Shown here: one piece after another, positions 1-7,938 of the stretch
Numbering within the stretch: the stretch's first letter is position 1
Layout of the letters: each line of letters begins with the position of its first letter
Assembly: GCA_046726415.1 (NCBI GenBank)
Contig: JBKPAK010000347.1
Coordinates: 1-17,862 of the forward strand
Reading direction: 5' to 3'
Length of the DNA stretch: 17,862 bases
From: Candidatus Methylomirabilota bacterium
GTDB lineage: Bacteria > Methylomirabilota > Methylomirabilia > Rokubacteriales > CSP1-6
Program-made: the position numbers and the translations under genes
The notes under the pieces: generated by a model
The model's input: only the letters and a program-made list of their open reading frames with translations
Database searches by the model: none
What the model was told of the DNA's origin: nothing

Positions 1-1
1 T

Positions 2-268
2 TCCCAGGAACGGCCGGGCGTGCCGATCATTGCCCTCACCCCGCACTCCGCCGTGTTGCGGCGCCTGGGCCTGTGCTGGGGGGTGACGGCGCGGGTGATC
101 CGCAAGGTCGAGAGCACCGACGAGCTTATCGACCAGATCGAGGCGGCCCTCCTGGTCGACGGGACCGTGGGAGCGGGCGACGTCATCGTCATCATCTCGG
201 GCGCGCCGATGTGGGTGCGGGGAACCACGAATCTCTTGAAGCTCCACCGCGTGGGCGAGCGCCGGTGA
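2..268 (+). CDS. pyk: Pyruvate kinase, C-terminal alpha/beta domain (5' truncated by window edge)
   Basis: Frame open from position 2: SQERPGVPIIALTP...RRLGLCWGV...GDVIVIISGAPMWVRGTTNLLKLHRV. This matches the characteristic PK C-terminus (RP..PIIA.T, L.WGV, G.TN.L). Confidence 0.9.
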   Translation, partial: SQERPGVPIIALTPHSAVLRRLGLCWGVTARVIRKVESTDELIDQIEAALLVDGTVGAGDVIVIISGAPMWVRGTTNLLKLHRVGERR

Positions 269-3200
269 CGCTCCCACCGCAGAAGCCATCGGACCGGGTA
301 CGCGACGCGCCCGCCTCTGCCCACCACGCCGAGCGCATGTACGCGCTGGCCGACCTCGGCCGATTGCTATCGGAGACGCTCGATCCGCACACGGTGGGGC
401 AGCGAGCCGTGGACAGCGTCGGCACGCTGCTGTCCGCCAACTCGGCCGCCATCTACCGCCTCGACTCGGAGTCCGGGTATCTGCACGAGCTGGCGCATTC
501 GCGGGACACGACGCCGCCCTTCGAATGGACACCGCTCGTTCCGCCGGGCATGGGAATCGCGGGATTCACGGCGCACCAGCGGACCCCGGTAACGTCGCCG
601 GACTCCCTCGACGATCCCCGCTTCACCTTCACGCCGGACATGCGAGCCCGCATCGAGCGCTCGCCCTATCGCGCCTTCATGGGGGTACCACTCCTGGCCA
701 AGGAGCGTCTGCTCGGCATCCTCGTGGCCGGCGCCCAGGTCGGCCGCATCTTTTCGGACGCGGAAGTCCACCTGGCCCAGGGCTTCGCCGACCAGACGGC
801 CCTGGCTCTCGAGAATGCTCGCCTGTTCGACGATGCGGCGCGGCGCGGGCGCGAGGCGGAGCTGGTGGCAGAGCTCTCCCGGACGATCAACGCCTCCCGC
901 GACCTGGACACCATTCTGCCGCGACTGGTGGAGGGGGCGCGCGATCTCTGCGCGGGCGACTTCGCCCTCATCGCCCTGCGGCCGGTCGGCGCCGAGGAAG
1001 CGGCGGCGCGCTGCTGGGTCGGCGCCACCCAAGACTACCGCGATGTCGTGGTGCGCCCCGGACGGGGCATCGGAGGGGTGGCCCTGGCCAGCGGCCAGTC
1101 TCGGCGCACACGCGGGGATCGCAATGAGCTCGGGGCCAGCGAGGAGTACCGGGAGCTCGCGCGGCAGGAGGGTTTGCTCGCGACAATGGAGGTGCCCATC
1201 CCGGGCGAGGATCGAGTCGAGGGCGTGCTCTTCGTGGCCAGGCGCACGCGTCATGCCTTCACCGACCGCGACGAAAGCACCATCACCCAGTTGGCGGAGC
1301 ACGCGGCCATCGCCATCCGCAATGTGCGCCTCTACGAGCGGCTGGAAGAGCGGGCTCGCGAGACGCGCGAGTACGCGGATCGTCTGCGCGCGCTCGACGA
1401 GGTCAACCGGCTCGTCTCGTCATCTCTCCGGATCGACGAGGTGCTGGCCAATTTGGTAGCGGCAGTCGCGCGCTTCTTCGACGCGCCCACCGCGGCGGTG
1501 TGGCGACTCGACGTCGCCGCGGGCCATGTGTACCGCGCCGTGACCCACGCCGATTCCGAGCTCGACGCCGAGCTTCCCCGGCAGTACGCACTGGGGGAGG
1601 GTGGGGTGGGGTGGGTGATCCTCCATGGCCAGCCTATCTTGTGGAGCGACCTCACCAAGGACGATCGCCTGCGCGGTGTGGACGTCTTGCGTCGCAAAGG
1701 TCTGCGCTACGTCTGCGTCTATCCGATCGCCCTCGGCGAGCGCGTGCTCGGCGCGTTCACATTCTGCCGGGCCGAGCCGGCGATGGTGACCGCCGAAACG
1801 GTGTCGCTTCTCGGTTCCCTGGCTGCGCAGGCCGCGGTGGCCCTCGACAACGCCCGGCTCTATACGGACACGGCCCGCCACCTCGATCACAGCCGTGCTC
1901 TGCTCGACGTCGTGCGCCTCCTCAATTCCACGCTCGACTCCAAGCGGCTCCTCAAGGAAGTCGCCATCAAGATCGCGCAGGTGTGTGGGGCCGATCGTTG
2001 CTCCGTGTCTTCTTGGGACGGCGAAGCCATGATTCCCCTCATGTCCCAGTTCGCGGACGGTCATACGCAAACCGACCTCTGGAAGACCTTCGTGCGGATG
2101 TCGCCGTCGCGGCTGACCGACCTTAGGGCCGATGTCCACGCGGTGACCGAGCGACGCACCATCGTCATCGACGACGCCGGTCAGTCTCCCGACTTCGCGC
2201 GCGCTTGGGCGGAGACGTTCGACATCGGCCCATACCTGGTCACGCCCCTGATCCGCCGAGACCAGGTGATCGGGGTGATGAACCTCGTCGGGGTGCGCGG
2301 GTCGCTGCCCTTCCAGCCCTGGCAAGTCGAGCTGGCGGAGGCCATCGCCGGCCAGCTCGCCCTGGCCATGGCCAACGTGCGACTCTTCGAGGAGGCCCGC
2401 GATCGGCTCCGCGAGACGCAGGTACTCCTGGCGGTGGCAGACATCCTCTCCGCGGGCGGGCCCTCGCACGAGGTCATGCGCCGCGTGGCGCGCGAGGTGG
2501 CGCGCGCGCTGGGCGCCGACATGGTTGGCGTCTACGATCTGGATGCCCAGGGGGACCGCCTCTCGCCGGTGGCCGGCTATCACGTGCCGCCCGCGTTGCG
2601 GCAGACCTTTATGGCGCATCCGATCATCCTCGGCGGCGTCCACGAGGTGTGTGAGGCGTGGCAGGCGGGGCGCGCCGTGTGGTCCTCCGACATCGAGAGC
2701 GATCCTCGCTTTCGCGACGCGATCGCCAAGGGACTTGGCTCTGCGGCAACGCTGTTCGCCCCCATCATGATCCGGGGCAGGGCGGAGGGCGCCATCTTCG
2801 CGGTGTGGTGGAGGTCGGGGCGCGTATTCCCGCCCTCTGAGATTCGTCTCCTGGAGGCCGTGGCCAGCCACGCCGGCGCCGCCGTGGAGAATGCGCGGCT
2901 GTTCGAGGAAAATCGGCGGCAGGTGGAAGAGCTGACCGTGCTCCACGAGCTCGCTCGTGCTCTCACCGGCCAGTTCGACCGGGCCGCCGTGCTCGAGGCC
3001 ATCCTCTCCCTCGTTCCCAGAGTCTTCGCCGCCCCCAGCATGGTCCTGGTGGTCCCGCCCGAGAGCGGCGACGGACTGGAGGTCGTGGCCCGGCGCATCG
3101 AGGGTCTCGAGCCCGCGGTGCTCCCCGTGCCCTGCCCCGAGGGGCCCGCCGGCGGTCTCAAGCGCGTCATCTTCACCGAGGGGCGCACCATCCGCACGAA

Positions 3201-4617
3201 TGACTACGCGGGCGAGTGCGCGCGCCGCGGTGTGCATCCCGACCCTGCTGCCGCGCGTTTCCCATGCTGGATGGGCGTTCCGCTGCGCGTCGGCGACAGC
3301 GTCCTGGGGGCGGTCGGAGTGGGCCGGGCCGATCGCGCGTTCACCGAGGCGGACCAGCGACTGCTCACCAACATCGCCGGCCTGGCCGCCCTGGCCCTGC
3401 GCAGCGTGGCGCTCTTCGAGGAGCGAACGCGCGCCTATGGCGAGCTGGCGGCGGCCCAGGACCAGCTCGTGCGCACGGAGAAGCTGCGGGCGCTCGGCGA
3501 GATGGCCTCGGGGGTGGCGCACGACTTCAACAATCTCCTGACGGCGATCCTCGGGCGGGCTGAGCTCGCCTTGCGGGAAGTTGGCGACCCGCACCTGCGC
3601 CAGTGGCTCCAGGTCATCGAGCGCTCGGCCCTGGACGGCGCGCAGACGGTGCGCCGGCTGCAAGAGTTCACGCGCATCCGGCGCGACCAGCCCTTCGTGC
3701 CCATCGATCTGAACCGGATTGCCTGCGAGGCCCTCGAGCTCACGCAGTCGCGCTGGCGCGACGACACGCGCCGCCGCGACGTGACTATCCACGCGCGGAC
3801 CGCCTTGGCCACCCTCCCGTCCGTCGTCGGCGATCCCGCGGAACTCCGCGAGGCCCTCACCAATATCATCTTGAACGCCGTGGACGCCATGCCCGAGGGC
3901 GGCCTGCTGACCCTGGCCACGTCAGCGACGGGTGGCGAGGTGTGCCTCACCGTCAGCGATACCGGGGTCGGGATGTCGGCGGCGGTGCGGCGCCGGATCT
4001 TCGATCCGTTCTTCACGACCAAGGGGCCACAGGGCACCGGGCTTGGCCTCTCCATGACGTATGGGATCGTCTCGCGGCATGGAGCCCGCATGGAAGTGGA
4101 CACCGAGGAGGGACGCGGCTCGACCTTCCGGCTGATCTTCAAGGCGGCGCCGACGCCACTGGACGCCGCCCCCGCCGCGCCTGAGGTTTCGACGTCAACG
4201 TCCACGCTGAATTGTCTGGTCGTCGACGACGAGGAACAGGTCGGCGCGCTCCTCGGAGATATTTTGGAATCGGTAGGCCACCGCGCCGTCGTCTGCATCG
4301 ACGGCGCCGACGCCGTGGCCCGCTTTCGCAGCGAGCGCTACGACGTGGTCTTCACGGACCTGGCCATGCCGGGTTTGTCGGGATGGCAGGTGTCCCGCAC
4401 CATCAAGGCCATCGAGCCCGACGTCCCCGTGTTCATCGTCACGGGGTTCGGCGTAGAGCTGTCGGCGGAGGAGAGGCGCGCCAACGGCGTCGACGCCGTG
4501 CTCGCGAAGCCGCTGAGGGTGCAGGAGATCCTGGACGTGGCTGCCCGCGTGGCCCGGGGGCGCGGACGAGGCGAGGTGCCTGGCCAAGGGAGAGTGCGAT
4601 GGCCTACCAGTCCCTGA
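265..4617 (+). CDS. Cytoplasmic hybrid sensor histidine kinase: 6 GAF domains + HisKA + HATPase_c + receiver domain
   Basis: Six GAF repeats each end in an (E/D/R/A)-N-(A/V)-R-L-(F/Y)-type helix (811, 1318, 1846, 2371, 2887, and the more divergent RSVALF at 3400). H-box GVAHDFNNLL (His at 3520-3522); N-box NIILNAVDAM; G1 DTGVGM; F/G2 FDPFFTTK..GTGLGL; REC VVDDE..TDLAMPG..KP. Start placed at GTG 265, overlapping the pyk stop (GTGA), rather than at 73. Confidence 0.9.
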   Translation: MTLPPQKPSDRVRDAPASAHHAERMYALADLGRLLSETLDPHTVGQRAVDSVGTLLSANSAAIYRLDSESGYLHELAHSRDTTPPFEWTPLVPPGMGIAGFTAHQRTPVTSPDSLDDPRFTFTPDMRARIERSPYRAFMGVPLLAKERLLGILVAGAQVGRIFSDAEVHLAQGFADQTALALENARLFDDAARRGREAELVAELSRTINASRDLDTILPRLVEGARDLCAGDFALIALRPVGAEEAAARCWVGATQDYRDVVVRPGRGIGGVALASGQSRRTRGDRNELGASEEYRELARQEGLLATMEVPIPGEDRVEGVLFVARRTRHAFTDRDESTITQLAEHAAIAIRNVRLYERLEERARETREYADRLRALDEVNRLVSSSLRIDEVLANLVAAVARFFDAPTAAVWRLDVAAGHVYRAVTHADSELDAELPRQYALGEGGVGWVILHGQPILWSDLTKDDRLRGVDVLRRKGLRYVCVYPIALGERVLGAFTFCRAEPAMVTAETVSLLGSLAAQAAVALDNARLYTDTARHLDHSRALLDVVRLLNSTLDSKRLLKEVAIKIAQVCGADRCSVSSWDGEAMIPLMSQFADGHTQTDLWKTFVRMSPSRLTDLRADVHAVTERRTIVIDDAGQSPDFARAWAETFDIGPYLVTPLIRRDQVIGVMNLVGVRGSLPFQPWQVELAEAIAGQLALAMANVRLFEEARDRLRETQVLLAVADILSAGGPSHEVMRRVAREVARALGADMVGVYDLDAQGDRLSPVAGYHVPPALRQTFMAHPIILGGVHEVCEAWQAGRAVWSSDIESDPRFRDAIAKGLGSAATLFAPIMIRGRAEGAIFAVWWRSGRVFPPSEIRLLEAVASHAGAAVENARLFEENRRQVEELTVLHELARALTGQFDRAAVLEAILSLVPRVFAAPSMVLVVPPESGDGLEVVARRIEGLEPAVLPVPCPEGPAGGLKRVIFTEGRTIRTNDYAGECARRGVHPDPAAARFPCWMGVPLRVGDSVLGAVGVGRADRAFTEADQRLLTNIAGLAALALRSVALFEERTRAYGELAAAQDQLVRTEKLRALGEMASGVAHDFNNLLTAILGRAELALREVGDPHLRQWLQVIERSALDGAQTVRRLQEFTRIRRDQPFVPIDLNRIACEALELTQSRWRDDTRRRDVTIHARTALATLPSVVGDPAELREALTNIILNAVDAMPEGGLLTLATSATGGEVCLTVSDTGVGMSAAVRRRIFDPFFTTKGPQGTGLGLSMTYGIVSRHGARMEVDTEEGRGSTFRLIFKAAPTPLDAAPAAPEVSTSTSTLNCLVVDDEEQVGALLGDILESVGHRAVVCIDGADAVARFRSERYDVVFTDLAMPGLSGWQVSRTIKAIEPDVPVFIVTGFGVELSAEERRANGVDAVLAKPLRVQEILDVAARVARGRGRGEVPGQGRVRWPTSP

Positions 4618-5387
4618 TCGTGGAGCGAGCGGCCCAGGTGGCCACCATCACCCTGAACCGCCCCGACGCCTTCAACGCGCTCGACCTCCAGCTCGGCCGC
4701 GAGCTCTTCCATGCGGCCCTCGAGGTGGACGAGGATCCGGACGTCCGCTGCGTGGTGGTCACGGGCGCCGGCAAGGCCTTCTGCGCCGGGGGCGACGTGA
4801 AGGGCTTCGCCAACAACCTGCCGCGGATCGGCCTGCTCATCAAAGAATTGACGACGTACCTGCACGGCGCCGTGTCGCGCCTCTGCCGCAGCGACAAGCC
4901 CGTGATCATGGCGGTGAACGGCGTGGCCGCGGGCGGCGGCTTGAGCTTCGCGCTCAGCGGCGACCTCGTGGTGGCCGCGGAATCGGCCCGTTTCACGCTG
5001 GCCTACTCCAAGATCGCGGCCACGCCGGACGGCTCGTCATCGTACTTCCTGCCCCGACTCGTCGGTCTGCGGCGAGCCATGGAGTTGTATTTCACCAACC
5101 GCGTATTGTCGGCGCGCGAGGCACTGGAGTGGGGGCTGGTGACGCGTGTGGTGCCCGACGCCGAGCTGAAGCCATCGGTCGAGGGCTTGGCCCGCGAGTT
5201 GTCACTGGGTCCAACCCGGGCCTTCGGGGCCGCCAAGCGGCTCTTTCACCAGTCGACATGGGAGAGTTTGGAGACGCAGATGGAGCTCGAGGCACAGGCC
5301 ATTGCCGCCAGCGGCCATACCCAGGACTTCGCGGCCGGGGTGACGGCGTTCGCCAACAAGCAGACCCCGACCTTCTGGGGGCGGTGA
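4599..5387 (+). CDS. Enoyl-CoA hydratase/isomerase (crotonase) family protein, PaaG-like
   Basis: ATG 4599 follows AAGGGAGA. Motifs ITLNRPDAFNAL, GKAFCAGGDV, AVNGVAAGGG, PDGSSSYFLPRLVG, AREALEWGLV. Confidence 0.92.
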   Translation: MAYQSLIVERAAQVATITLNRPDAFNALDLQLGRELFHAALEVDEDPDVRCVVVTGAGKAFCAGGDVKGFANNLPRIGLLIKELTTYLHGAVSRLCRSDKPVIMAVNGVAAGGGLSFALSGDLVVAAESARFTLAYSKIAATPDGSSSYFLPRLVGLRRAMELYFTNRVLSAREALEWGLVTRVVPDAELKPSVEGLARELSLGPTRAFGAAKRLFHQSTWESLETQMELEAQAIAASGHTQDFAAGVTAFANKQTPTFWGR

Positions 5388-6136
5388 TGCCGCGCCCGCG
5401 CTTCTTCTACCGTCCCGGCTGATCGTCCTGCGCCAAGACGAGGGAACTCCTCGCGTCTTGGCGGGTCGAGTTCGACCCCATCGACGTTCAAGCCGATCCG
5501 GCTGCGCTCGAGGAACTCCGGCGCCTCGGCGTGGCCGCCGTTCCGGCGGTGGCGGTCGGGGACCGGGCCGCTCACGGGTGGAACCCGCCGGCCTACGCCG
5601 CGCTTCTCGGCCTGGCGTACGAGACCGAAGCCAAGCTGTCTCCGAACGTCTTGATCTCGCGCCTCGACGTCATCTTGGGTGCGGCCGAGGGAGTCTTGCG
5701 CCAGATGCCCGACGACCGTATGGACTGGAAACCACCGGAGCGCAACCGGACCCTGCGCGACTTCGGATACCACATCTTCCGACTGAGCCTGGCCTTCATC
5801 GATGCCATGGATGCCGGACGGCTTCCGCAGTCCTCGCTGGGAGAGAAGGCACCAGACGACATGCGGGAGAGCCGGGCCGTTGCGAACTACGGCGCGCTCG
5901 TCCGCGCGCGGCTGAGCGGCTGGTTCGAAGGCACGGCAACGTCGGAGTATGAGCGCATCCTCGACGTCTACTACGGCTCGCAGTCAGGCCACGACCTGCT
6001 CGAACGCACGGTGTGGCACGCGGCCCAGCACCTGCGCCAGCTCTACGCCCTCGCCGAGCGCCTTGGCATCACTCCGCCGGTGCCACTTCCGGTGGAGGCT
6101 TTCCGCGGCCTGCCCCTGCCCGAGGCCCTCTGGTAG
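5387..6136 (+). CDS. Putative selenoprotein: N-terminal glutaredoxin-like domain (U-S-S-C, Sec at TGA 5420-5422) fused to a DinB-like domain; 249 aa
   Basis: ATG 5387 overlaps the upstream stop (TGATG). Reading MPRPRFFYRPG-TGA-SSCAKTRELLASWRVEFDPIDVQADPAALEELRRLGVAAVPAVAVGD..GWN continues in frame into the 5531..6136 ORF. Grx fold with VP cis-Pro motif; DinB-type His at 5771 and HAAQH (6017-6031). Confidence 0.85.
5431..5463 (+). promoter_or_regulatory. Putative bacterial SECIS hairpin for TGA 5420-5422
   Basis: CGCCAAGACG (5431-5440) is the exact reverse complement of CGTCTTGGCG (5454-5463). An inner AGG/CCT stem closes a GAACT loop starting with G, 21 nt after the TGA. Confidence 0.7.
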
Positions 6137-6223
6137 TTCGCGCAGGGTTGGTCGAGAACAATCAGGACGGTGAGCCGGCCGCGTCGCGGTTCGAGTCGTC
6201 CCCCACTCGATCAAGCCCCCGCA

Positions 6224-7168
6224 TCAATCTTCGTCGAGAAAGGCTTCGTTCATCCGGTGGGCGAGCCCGCGGTGCTCGTTGAAGTAGTACGCGAGCATGG
6301 CGGCCGCTGCCAGGAGGTTGCCCACGAGAATCTGCCAGCCCGCGACCTCGTCGAGCACCCACTTGGCTATGATGAGCACGGCCCCGAAGAACGCCACCTC
6401 GAAGGCCGTGAAGAGGATGACCAGCGGGAAGACGAATACGGGCTGGTGCTCGGCGCCCGCGATGAGCATGGCCCCCACGATGCCGAAGAGGATGAAGGCC
6501 AGGCCGTGGACCACCGTGTAGTGCAGTACGGCCGGGATCCCTGGGGGCTGGCGCAGGAGCGCGTTGCCCAGCAGCTCAGGCGTGCGCAAGGGGTCACCGC
6601 GGATCCAGTCGAGGGCGAGGAACCATCCGGCCACGACGGCGGCGCCGATCAGCCCCGCAATGACGCCCTCGCGAAGAACGCTCCCCGCGGGGCCGACGAG
6701 CGTGCCGGGCAACGCGGGATGCTCCCGCGCCAGATACCACAGCATGGCCGCCGACGCGAGGAGGTTGCCAATCAGGATGGCCCACCACACGAGGGCGCCG
6801 AGCAGCGACTTGCCGAGCGCCCCCACGGCGCCGAGGACGAAGACCTCGAAGCAGGCGAACAAGATGACGAACGCCAAGAAGACCGCGGGCTCGCGCTCGC
6901 TCACCGACATCACGTAGGCGGCGATGATCCCGAAGGCGACGAACGCGATCCCGTGAACGATGGTGTAGCCGACGATTGGGCCTAGCGCGAGGGGGACGCT
7001 GGTCGGATCGCTGATGCCGTAGAAGAGCGCGCGGCCGAGGAGAGCAGGCGTGAAGAACGGCTTGCCGCGGGCGAAGTCGAAGAGCAAGAACCACAGGGCG
7101 ACCACCGCCGCCCCGATGAGGCCGGTGATGATGCCCTCCCGCAGCACGGACCGTTGTGCGCGAGCCAT
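6224..7168 (-). CDS. Uncharacterised polytopic membrane protein made of two ~156-aa tandem repeats
   Basis: Hydrophobic ORF. SVLREGIITGLIGAAVVALWFL...YTIVHGIAF...FEVF...GNLLA is repeated as SVLREGVIAGLIGAAVVAGWFL...YTVVHGLAF...FEVA...GNLLA. Confidence 0.8.
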   Translation of the reverse strand: MARAQRSVLREGIITGLIGAAVVALWFLLFDFARGKPFFTPALLGRALFYGISDPTSVPLALGPIVGYTIVHGIAFVAFGIIAAYVMSVSEREPAVFLAFVILFACFEVFVLGAVGALGKSLLGALVWWAILIGNLLASAAMLWYLAREHPALPGTLVGPAGSVLREGVIAGLIGAAVVAGWFLALDWIRGDPLRTPELLGNALLRQPPGIPAVLHYTVVHGLAFILFGIVGAMLIAGAEHQPVFVFPLVILFTAFEVAFFGAVLIIAKWVLDEVAGWQILVGNLLAAAAMLAYYFNEHRGLAHRMNEAFLDED

Positions 7169-7186
7169 CGCTTTGGTGGCGCCATC

Positions 7187-7855
7187 TTAACGCCCGCCTT
7201 GCGCCGCAGCAACTCGCGCGCTGCGCGCCACGCGCACGCCATAGTCGGAGTAGCGCCGATCAGGCGGCAGCGAGGAGCGATGGGCCACTGGGCTCCACGG
7301 ATTGCTATGGCGCCAGGCTCCGCCCCGGCTCACGCGACGCACGCCGGTGGCCGGGCCTTGGGGGTTGCGAGGGCGCTGGCGCGCGTAGGCGCGCTCGTCG
7401 AACCAGTCCGCGCACCACTCGTGACAGACGCCAGACAGGTCAGTGAGGCCGAGCGGGTTGGCCGGTGTGGTGCCGACCCGCGGCGGACGCGCGAAGCGTT
7501 CGGGTGGCGGCGTGTCGCCCCACGGATACCGCCGGCCTTCGATCCCGCCCCGCGCCGCGCGCTCCCACTCGGCCTCGCTGGGCAGACGGCCCCCCATCCA
7601 GGCGGCAAACCGCCCTGCCTCCTCCCACGACAGCCCGACCACGGGTTGCTCGGGGTGCGAAAAGTCGGGATCGCCCCAGAAGCGCGGCGGCGGGGCGGCG
7701 GTGGCCACCATGTACCTGGCGAAGTCGGCGTTGGTGGCCGGGATGCGCGCGATGAGAAAGGCATCGACCCACACAGAGTGCGCCGGTCGCTCGCAGGGGT
7801 GTCCCTCCTCCCAGCCCATGTAGAACTCACCGGCCGGCACCTGCACGAACTCCAT
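7187..7855 (-). CDS. Formylglycine-generating enzyme (FGE-sulfatase/SUMF1) domain protein, lacking the catalytic Cys pair
   Basis: Motifs VPAGEFYMG, ERPAHSV, PVVGLSWEEA, RLPSEAEWERAARGG, RYPWGD, NPLGLTDLSG..HEWCADW, RGGAW, YGVRVAR. GAGGAGG lies upstream of the ATG. Confidence 0.9.
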   Translation of the reverse strand: MEFVQVPAGEFYMGWEEGHPCERPAHSVWVDAFLIARIPATNADFARYMVATAAPPPRFWGDPDFSHPEQPVVGLSWEEAGRFAAWMGGRLPSEAEWERAARGGIEGRRYPWGDTPPPERFARPPRVGTTPANPLGLTDLSGVCHEWCADWFDERAYARQRPRNPQGPATGVRRVSRGGAWRHSNPWSPVAHRSSLPPDRRYSDYGVRVARSARVAAAQGGR

Positions 7856-7883
7856 CTCGCCAGCGCCTCCTCGGCCCTGCCTC

Positions 7884-7889
7884 TATAAT
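7884..7889 (+). promoter_or_regulatory. Candidate sigma70-type -10 box for the aminotransferase gene
   Basis: Perfect TATAAT in the GC-rich divergent intergenic region, about 50 nt upstream of ATG 7939. No clear -35. Confidence 0.45.
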
Positions 7890-7938
7890 GGCCGCTGGTC
7901 GTCAGTGGGTGCTGAAACGCCTCGGAGGAGGGTCATCC

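Noticed and set aside
73..264. N-terminal extension of the kinase given by the ORF track (start 73)
   Set aside because: It overlaps the pyk coding region in another frame and has low-complexity Arg/Gly-rich composition. The GTGA overlap at 265 is a better start.
1420..3792. Long antisense ORFs (e.g. 1420..3792, 11992..13263, 14459..16054)
   Set aside because: These are shadow frames opposite well-supported genes, expected in high-GC DNA, with no recognisable motifs.
5420..5422. Treating the two TGA-interrupted genes (5420 and 11141) as pseudogenes
   Set aside because: Two independent nonsense changes, both at the first Cys of a CxxC with otherwise intact frames and downstream hairpins, are much less parsimonious than Sec recoding. 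This is not formally excluded without seeing the sel genes.
6160..6215. tRNA-like (possibly tRNA-Sec) fragment: CGGTGAG and GGTTCGAGTC in the intergenic region
   Set aside because: No T-stem pairing around TTCGAGT, no anticodon arm with TCA, no acceptor stem, and too short for a cloverleaf.
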